64,000 nucleotides of DNA, taken from the NCBI GenBank assembly GCA_025558095.1, contig JAIVFI010000003.1, positions 1,054,001-1,118,000 of the forward strand. Direction: 5' to 3'. The DNA is from Hyaloraphidium curvatum SAG 235-1. Lineage: Eukaryota > Fungi > Monoblepharomycota. Below are positions 56,714 to 64,000 of this stretch, piece after piece. The position numbers were made by a program, and so were the translations under genes. The notes below the pieces were generated by a model. That model did no database searches, was not told where the DNA came from, and saw only the letters and a program-made list of their open reading frames with translations. Position 1 is the stretch's first letter. Every line of letters begins with the position of its first letter.

Positions 56714-57667
56714 TCACGCCCTCCCGAACAAGCTCCCGATGAAGCTCGACCGCCGCGGCCGCGCCTGGCGCGGTGCTTCGGCCCCTCCCTCGACGGCCAA
56801 GGGCACCAGGAGCTGGCCGGGTGGCGTGGGTTGGCCCGCCGGCGTTGCCGGGCTCGCCGTGCGCGCGGTTGCCGGGCTCGCCGTTGCCCCGCTCCCGTCC
56901 CGCGACCCGTCCAAGGCCATCTCCCAGTCCCCGCCCACGGCCAACTTGTCGGCCGCCTCGCCGGCCCCGGCCAGCACCTCCGCCGCGTGTTCGTACCCCA
57001 CGACCCTGCACCGCTCCTCCTCCCGCCTCAGGCTCTCCCGCGTGCTCGTCCGGCACACCACCGTCTCGGCCGGGCAGCGGTGGAGCAGGTAGCCGCTGCA
57101 CGACCCCAGGAAGGCGCCGCCCACGGAGCCCGTGAGCCCCCGCGTGCCCAGCACGAGCAGGTCCGGCCGCAGCGCCCGCGCGATCTCGTCGATCGCCGAC
57201 CGCGGCTCGTCCGCCCACGCGAGCTTGATGGTCATCCGCGCCCGCTGCCGCTTGCCGTCCCTCAGCGAGGTCAGCAGCCTCTTGAGGCCCGCCACGAACC
57301 GCTTCTCCACGGCCCGCTGCAGGTCCCGCAGCGTCTTGCCCGCGGCGATGTCGTCCAGCGACAGCAGCGGCTCGCGCAGCACGCAGAGGCACGTCAGGTG
57401 GTCGGGCCGCGCGCCGGGCGGCGGCGGGCGCACGATGTGCTCAAACACAAACTCGAGCGCGTCGATCGACGCCGGCGACGAGTCGATCCCCACGAGGATG
57501 TGCCGCTCGGGGCCGTCGCCGCCGGGGCGCTCGTCGTCGTCGTGGGAGCGCGACCGCGGGAGGGGGGACGGCGGGCGGGGGGAGGGCGTGCGCGGCGGCG
57601 GCGGCGTGCGGCGCGGCACGGGGAGGGAGGCCGGCGAGGGCTCGACGACGAGCTTTTTGAAGTACAT
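56714..57667 (-). CDS. Universal stress protein (UspA domain); a short upstream exon from about 57770 is possible
   Basis: HILVGIDSSPASIDALEF, DLLVLGTRGLTGSVGGAFLGSCSGYLLHRCPAETVV. Confidence 0.8.
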   Translation of the reverse strand: MYFKKLVVEPSPASLPVPRRTPPPPRTPSPRPPSPLPRSRSHDDDERPGGDGPERHILVGIDSSPASIDALEFVFEHIVRPPPPGARPDHLTCLCVLREPLLSLDDIAAGKTLRDLQRAVEKRFVAGLKRLLTSLRDGKRQRARMTIKLAWADEPRSAIDEIARALRPDLLVLGTRGLTGSVGGAFLGSCSGYLLHRCPAETVVCRTSTRESLRREEERCRVVGYEHAAEVLAGAGEAADKLAVGGDWEMALDGSRDGSGATASPATARTASPATPAGQPTPPGQLLVPLAVEGGAEAPRQARPRRSSFIGSLFGRA

Positions 57668-58040
57668 CCCGAGGCAGCAGAGGCCGGAAACGAGGTCGTT
57701 TTGCCGACAACTCCGCGAAGGATCTCAGAACCGGGCCGGCCGGCCGCGCGGTACGTCTTGAGATGGACATCAACGAAGCTGTCCTTTCGCAGCCCGGCCT
57801 AGCCCCGCCCGTGTGCCGACCGCCTGAGCATCGCCAGCATCTCCCGCGCGCCCGCGCGCCCGCGCCCTCCGGCACGGGGTGCCGCCGTGGATGACATCAC
57901 GCCCGACCGCTCGACACTCCAAGAGCAGGACGCGGCGGAGACCCCGTCTTTGCCTTCCGGTCTCTGACGAAGCTCGATGAAACACGACGTGCTTCTCGCA
58001 TCGAGCACAAAAAGAGAGGCGAAAGCAAAGCCCGCTTGCG

Positions 58041-59398
58041 TCACAGGACGGCCGACGCCTCCCCGCCCCACAGCCGCTTGCTGGCCACCTTTGCCCCCTC
58101 CGCCAGCGCCTTCAGCTTGGCCCACACGATCCCCTCCACCACCGGCCCGAAGCCCGCGGACGTCTCGAACCCGCAGTCGGTCCCAGCCATCACCTTGTCC
58201 CTCCCGACCTTGCTCGCCGCGCGCTCCAGCGAATCCGCCACCACCTCGGGGTGCTCCACGTAGCTCGTCGTGGTGTCGATGGCGCCGACCACGATCGTGC
58301 CCTTGTACGAGCCGGGGAGGACGCGCCACTCGTGCGAGTGCCGAGGGTTGGCGAGCGAGAGCAGGATGGCGCCGGCGGTGCACTTGGCAATCGTGGGCCA
58401 GATGTCGGCGAGGGCGACGTCGAGGTCGTGCGGGCCGTTCTACAACGGGAACGAGCGCGTGAGCTTCGCGGGGGCCGGACAGACGAAGGACCACCCACGT
58501 AGTTCCCGTAGCAGACGTGCAGCCGCACGCGGTCCTTGGGCAGCGGCTCGATGGCGGCGTTGATGGCGTCCACGACGGTCGCGGCAAAGGCGACGAACTC
58601 CTCCAGCGGCTTGTCGCGGAAGAGGGTGTGGCGCTCCATGGCCAGGTCGGGCGCATCGATCTGCAGGACGAGGCCGGCGTCGGTGATGGCCTTGTACCTG
58701 TGGGCGCCTGCCGTCAGCCATGCTTATCCGGCAGACCCGAACCAGTTTCATGGCAGACACCCACTCGACCGCCAGCGCCTTCCCCAGCGCCTGAATGTAG
58801 CTCTTCATGTCGGGGTAGAACTTGTTCTCCATCCCAGCCGCCACGATCCCCGGAGACGCGGAGCTCATGAACGCGTCCTGGAACACCTTTTCCCCGCGCT
58901 CCCTGCGCCGCGCCAGGACATCCTGCAGCCGGGCGATCTCGGCGTCCACCGCCGCGGTGCTCGGGTACGTGACCTCGCCGGTGCAGGCGGGCGGGGCGAC
59001 GAGGCTGACGGCGTCGCTGGCAAAGTGCGTCTGCAGGAGCTTCTCCATGAATCCTTCGTACCTGAAATGTCGCGAATGAGATTCAAGTGACGAGGTGGAA
59101 ATGGAGGCGCGACTAACTCGAACATGTCCGCGAACCCGCGCGGGGAGCCCTGACCGCCGAAGCCCGTCATGCGCAGCCTGACGTAGGTGAAGAAGCTCTC
59201 CCTGCCCATCTCGCCGTCGTTCCCGATGTCGATGCCCGCCGCGACCTGCTTCGCGACGACGGCCTCGACCGCCGCGTCGATATCGCGCGCCATCTCGCCG
59301 GCGTCCACGGGCTCCCCGCGCGACAGCCTGGCGTGCAGCGAGACGAGCGACTTGGGCTTGGGCAGGCTGCCCGAGTGCGTGGTGACGATGCGCGACAT
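58041..59398 (-). CDS. Single-domain cobalamin-independent methionine synthase II-like protein (Meth_synt_2), bacterial type, 4 exons
   Basis: MSRIVTTHSGSLPKP, GIDIGNDGEMGRESF, AFMSSASPG, LQIDAPDLAM, RLHVCYGNY|NGPHDLD, ANPRHSHEW, AGTDCGF, VWAKLKALAEGAKVASKRLW. Confidence 0.88.
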
Positions 59399-59623
59399 GG
59401 CGGGCGGCGTCGGTGGGAGACGGCGGTGGTTTCGGGTTTGGGAGACGGGACGGCGAAACCGAAAGTGGCGAAGGCGGGATGGATCACTCAACGACGATGC
59501 GATGCGATTCGGAGGATCGTCCGTTCGTCGGTCTCTATCTGATTCACTCTAAGTCAAACCACCGCTCAGGATGCCAGCGATAGCGCGGTATTCCGTGGAG
59601 TCGCCGCGGGATCCCGCATCGAG

Positions 59624-60870
59624 CTATCTCCGGCGCTGGCGGGGTCTCGAGCCTGGCAAGGATAGCTTAACGGTTGCCAGCATCGCTCGCGCATCGGCGC
59701 CGTCCGGCACGCGGTGCCCGTTCCGAACAAGGTAGCCCCTCCCCTTCTCCGTGATGATCTGCCCTCGCTCGCCTCGCAATCTTGTGGCAAGGTCGAAAAT
59801 GACCAGCATGAGACCGGCCTCCGGGATGGGTGGACGCAGCCCCACGAAAGGGAACTCCTCGCGCAAAGCAGCTGGCAGGGCCTCCGCCTTGACAGGTACC
59901 TGATCCAGCACAGCGCACGAGAGCCCGAAAGCAGCGTCCCGAGAATCGAGGTCCCCATCGGAACCCCAACCCCACTGCCTTGAAAAAGCCGAGATAACCG
60001 CGCTCCAAGTCGACGACTGCCCCAGGAGGTCCTGCGGAATGTCCTTCAGAAACTCCAGTAGCTGGCTGGCGTTCCCGAAATCGGCGTAGGCCTTCACCAT
60101 GAGGGTCACTGCGATGTCGTCCGGCGGTACGGACATCGCTTTCCAGACCCGAACCAGGCCCGCAAAGTCCCCATGTTGACGGAAGTGACGGAGCGCAGTC
60201 GTCCAATGAGCAACGTCCACTACGACACCTGAAGATGCAAGCACCGCCATTGTCTCCTCCAACTTTTCCACGGTTGTCTGCGTTGACAAAATCTCCCCCA
60301 GGAGCAGCAATGTGGTCACCCTATCGGGCTTAAAACCGGCGGCGTCCATCTCCTGCAACGTCTCCTTAACACGATCAAGCCTTCCCGCCATTCCGTGGAA
60401 CCCAATCATGCTGGTGAACAAAAATTTGTCCGGTTTCACACACCATAGTCGCATCTTCTCCAGAACAGCGTCTCCTGCCTCCGGGTCCTGGCTGCGGCAC
60501 GCATCCGCAAGGAGCGGGGTAAAACTCTGTGCAACGGGCTCCAGAGCAAATGGTTCCGAAGTGAAGAGCTCTAGCGAGGCGCGGGCGCATCGGCGGTGCT
60601 TCCAGGCAGCGAACGCTTCGATGGCCGCCGCGACTACATGGCTGTCGAGCACGTCCTGCCGACCGCGACAAAAGCCCGCGGCGGTGTACGATAGAAGTTG
60701 CACGATCTTCCGTGCCGGCGACAGCGAACCGACCGGCATCCCCGGCCGGCACAGGTCCAGAATGCTCGGCGCCACCCCGTCCATGACTGCGTGGCGGAGA
60801 GCCGACGTCGGGTTTGGCGCCGCTTCCAGAGAATCCAGATCACGGGGATCAAGAGCAATGGAAGCTGACC
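59624..60870 (-). pseudogene. PPR-like protein, copy 2: C-terminal half only, 5'-truncated
   Basis: Colinear with copy 1 from LDPRDL through RKIVQLLS, KPDKFLFTSMIGFHG, HWTTALRHF, KGRGYLVRNGH; homology stops near 60870. Confidence 0.72.
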
Positions 60871-60879
60871 GTGCAGGGG

Positions 60880-61389
60880 AGCTGGCTGCTCGTCCTCCCG
60901 AAAGGGGACGGCGACCCCAGCGGCACACTGCCCTCCCTCCGCGAGCTGTCGCTCGGCCTGCAGAGCCCGATCCCGGTCGTGACCGAGGACCAGACCTCCC
61001 ACATCCTGATGCAGCGGTTTTTTGCCGCTCGTTCCCGGCCCGGTGCGCGCCCCCTGCTCGGCCGCGTCGTCGTGGACGCCTGCATCGAGTGGGACGTGCA
61101 CGGTGCCGAGGCGCGCGCCGCGACCGACAACTTTGCAGCGCGAAGGACGGGGAACGGCTGCCCGCCTCCCGAGCTGGCGCTTCGGGTCGCGAGGAGGGGC
61201 AAGGCCGACCGGGCGCCGGACGGAAGCTGGGAGATCGACGTCCGGCCGCGCGGTCCGTTGGACACGGACCCCGAGCCCGTGGCTGTGCCGGAAGGTGAAG
61301 AGCAGGACGACATGGGCTGGGTGGACACGGTGGTGGCGGATGACGATGAACACTTTGCGGCGGAGACGTGGGTTGCGGCAGGCAACTGA
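60880..61389 (+). other. Orphan C-terminal gene fragment abutting the truncated PPR copy
   Basis: Protein-like frame (LPSLRELSL..., acidic tail) with no credible start; its ORF start lies in the antisense of PPR copy 2. Confidence 0.35.
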
Positions 61390-61434
61390 TACTTCATTCG
61401 TATTCGACCAACGTGACTATCCTCCGTGTCCCCA

Positions 61435-62211
61435 TCACGCATCCTCGTCGTCCTCCTCCGCCGCCTCCTTGTCCTTCCGCACGATCAGCCTCCGCCCCGC
61501 GACGAACTCGACCCTCTTCCCCGCCAGCGTGCACCCCTCGAGCACCAGCGGCGCCCCGCACGCCGCGTCCGCGCACACGTTCAGCAGCAGCCGCACGCAG
61601 TCCTCCGTCTCCCCGACGACCTCGTTGTACGGGCGGATCCGCGCGCGGCCGCAGTTTCCGCACACGACGCGCGGCTCGATGCGCAGGCCGGGGGTGCGGC
61701 GCACGGCGAGGCGGGGGGCGGTGTTGGGGAGGCGGAAGGGGAGGCGCCCTTCGTATCGCACCGAGACGAGGGTGTTTTCGTCGGGGGGCACGATGATGGA
61801 GGCGGGCGGGGAACGTGCGGCCCTCCTCTTCTTCTTCTGGGGCGTCGCAGAGGTCGGGTCGTCGTCGGAGGACGACGACGACGAGTCCGAGGAGTCCCGC
61901 TTGCGCTTTGCGGCGCGGAGGAGCGCGGCGAATCCGAGCGACGACGGCGGGCCCAGCGCCTGGCGGGCAGGTGGCTTCAGCGCGTGCGATGATCTGGCGG
62001 TGCGTCCCCGACGAACCTTGTCGTTGGCGGCCCGCTTCTCGTCCGCGGCTTCCAGACAGGCTTCGACGGCGGCCTCGGCGTCGTAGTCCCTGCTGCGGAG
62101 CACGTAGGCGACGAAGACCGGGCCGAGCGGTCCGCCAACGATCAGGAGGGGCAGCTCCTGCGGATCGCGGAGCTTCAGCGCAATGCAGCGGCGGCACAGT
62201 ACGTCGACCAA
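61435..62211 (-). CDS. Hypothetical Cys-motif protein, possibly degenerate at the 5' end
   Basis: CRRC, CGNCG and CADAACG motifs, NLS-like KKKRR and an acidic tail; in-frame TAA just upstream; no clean start. Confidence 0.45.
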   Translation of the reverse strand: MVDVLCRRCIALKLRDPQELPLLIVGGPLGPVFVAYVLRSRDYDAEAAVEACLEAADEKRAANDKVRRGRTARSSHALKPPARQALGPPSSLGFAALLRAAKRKRDSSDSSSSSSDDDPTSATPQKKKRRAARSPPASIIVPPDENTLVSVRYEGRLPFRLPNTAPRLAVRRTPGLRIEPRVVCGNCGRARIRPYNEVVGETEDCVRLLLNVCADAACGAPLVLEGCTLAGKRVEFVAGRRLIVRKDKEAAEEDDEDA

Positions 62212-62546
62212 CCCTTAGTGCGCTCTTGAGACGCCTCGTCTTCCTCCTGGTGACCTCATTCTCGCCGGCGTCCCTCTGCGGCGGGCGAGGTGCCAGTCGG
62301 GGGGCGTCGCGGGAGGAGTCGGACCGCACTGACCAGGAACCGCTTCAGCTCCGAAGAAGACGGGAGCTCGTAGAACGTTCGGGAATGCTTCGCCATGGTT
62401 GGTGTCGCGTTGGCCACCCCGGCTGCGCGATGCGATGTGGTGTTGGTGTTTGATGACGCGACGGTAAACACGGGACGCGTCTGGCATGCACCGCCGTTTC
62501 AGCCCTCGCCGGCCCTCTTTGGGCATTGCGGCGGGTCTAGGGCACC

Positions 62547-63526
62547 ATGAGAGCGCGTTTAGCTCTACAAGGCGTGGCTTGGCGGAACTGCTCGCCCGCT
62601 GTTCGGACGGACAGGCGGGACGAGCGCTCCCAGTCCACGCAGGACATCGTTGCGCCTGTCCTGCCGACGCGATTCTTCGCTTCGAATGTGCCGCGAGGCG
62701 AAGATTCCAGGGGCCGGCTCCTGAAGGTCCTGGAGAGCGCGACGGACGGCCGAATCGCGCCCCGGGACGTTGCAGATCGGGTCTGGGAGGCCTACTCCGC
62801 GCTCGGATCTGTCCAGGGACTCGACGAACGGGCTGTTTGGAGCATCGTGGACCACGTGACTGCCCGTGCGGTCAAGGAACAGGCAAGGCTACGGCACAAA
62901 GGAAACCAGTCGCCGCCCGGGCACCGTAAAGCCACAGACGTCCTGCTCGACACGGCATCGGAACGGGTGGAACGCGTTCTAGCCTATGCTACCGATGCCG
63001 GTGTTCTCATTTTCAGTGCTCCTGCCACCCGGTACATTCAAGTGAAGGATCACCGCCTGGGGTGGGTTGCGAAGGCGGTTCCATTCAGCTGCTTCAGCTC
63101 ACGCGGAGTGTCACCAGCTCTTACGCAGAGTGTCGGAAGGTGGCCGATTTCCTGCGGGCGAAGTGCCGCATGACTCTGAATGAGAAGAACCTGTGCGCGT
63201 TGGTGCGCAGCCTGGCACAGCGTTTCTTGCGGCTACTACACGAGGAACTGATCGCGAACCCCACGCTCGTGGTGAGCGCCCTCATCTGGAACCTCTGTCT
63301 GAAGGTCATCGCGGAGGCGACGCCGTTGTCTTCGGAGGATCTCGCAGGGTATCCCTGCCGACAGAGCTGCGTCGGCGACCTCGCAGTGCCGCTTTGGGCC
63401 TTGAACAAGGAAGAGAAGCTCATCTCTCGCACCGCACGTGTGGACTCGCGCGACCTGCATGCTTTGGAATTGGACCCGCTAACCGCTGCCGATCGCAAAT
63501 CCAACGAGATCGACGGCGGCCCGTGA
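62547..63526 (+). pseudogene. PPR-like protein, copy 3: N-terminal half only, 3'-truncated
   Basis: Colinear with copy 1 (LPTRFF, GRIAPRDVADRVWEAYSALGS, SYAECRKVADFLR, DLAGYP.RQ.CV.DLA.PLWAL.K); same intron position after HRLG/RHLG. Confidence 0.72.
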
Positions 63527-63529
63527 TGA

Positions 63530-64000
63530 TGTGCCAGTCCATCAATTCGAAGCTGCAGTCTGCTTGGAATAAGGTAACTCAAATCCATGTGCAATCAAAC
63601 GGTCACGTCGTGGTGCACGCGCGCCCAGAGAGTGTGTAATGAGGAGCTAGCAATCCCACCGTACACTTAGAAATCCCCCTACGCCCCAAGAATCAGCTCC
63701 TCATCGACATTCAAACCAAAAGCGACCGGCGCGGGGGCCGGAGCGTTGACAGCGGCGGCTTCGGTGCACAGCTGAAGCCAGTGTTGGAGTTGGGCCGCGA
63801 CGCCAAGAGCCCAGGCCACCGCGATCCGTTCGCGGAAGCGCCGCACAAAACGAGAGTAAAGGCCATCGAGGTCCACGGGCTGCCCATCGCGGCCGACGAT
63901 CCCGGGATACTGGATGCGCCCCATCTCCGAGGAGAAGCGCGAGAAAGTGTCAGAGACAGCGCTGTACGAATCAAAAGCAATCACGATCAGAGGGTAGAAG
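63530..64000 (-). mobile_element. Probable 3' end of a non-LTR retrotransposon with a restriction-like endonuclease (CRE/R2-like)
   Basis: Frame entering from the window edge: FYPLIVIAFDSYSAVSDTFSRF...SRFVRRFRERIAVAWALGVAAQL resembles the C-terminal F.P...E/D..G ... QRISxAxxRG.A segment of such elements; stop at 63679-63681; AT-richer 3' UTR. Confidence 0.5.

Noticed and set aside
1-64000. Hundreds of long overlapping or antisense ORFs rich in Arg/Pro/Ala/Gly (e.g. 8421-10148, 15965-17539, 18896-20518, 32118-33704, 56114-57802)
   Set aside because: They are shadow frames expected at very high GC3; each overlaps a motif-supported gene and has no recognisable motifs.
1-64000. tRNA, rRNA or snRNA genes
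   Set aside because: None recognised by eye in intergenic regions; a covariance-model scan would be needed to exclude small ncRNAs.

Overview
This is a very GC-rich, gene-dense eukaryotic window with many short (about 50-75 nt) GT-AG introns and CTGAC/CTCAC/CTAAC-type branch points. Most long six-frame ORFs are GC-driven shadow frames. Gene content is fungal-like (NHP6, FES1, Dma1-type FHA-RING, CTH/Zfs1, NPR2) and includes an intact flagellar gene (CFAP57). Together this suggests an early-diverging, zoosporic-lineage fungus, possibly a monoblepharid; this is inference only. I find about 30 protein-coding loci and no rRNA, tRNA or CRISPR. Highlights: (1) several bacterial-type genes sit among the eukaryotic ones, most notably a Rickettsia/Thermus-type isocitrate dehydrogenase with a mitochondrial-like presequence and a 6-nt micro-exon, plus a single-domain MetE-like protein, a bacterial-type MDR oxidoreductase, a SnoaL protein and a GH110-like beta-helix protein. 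(2) A secreted Cys-rich protein is built from a triplicated four-exon cassette, each copy with a 13-nt micro-exon. (3) A 134-nt insertion flanked by a 7-bp direct repeat could splice as a new intron. (4) There are decaying copies of apparently expanded PPR and MYND families. (5) The right end is rearranged and carries the 3' end of a probable non-LTR retrotransposon. All family assignments come from motif recognition by eye, not from database searches.
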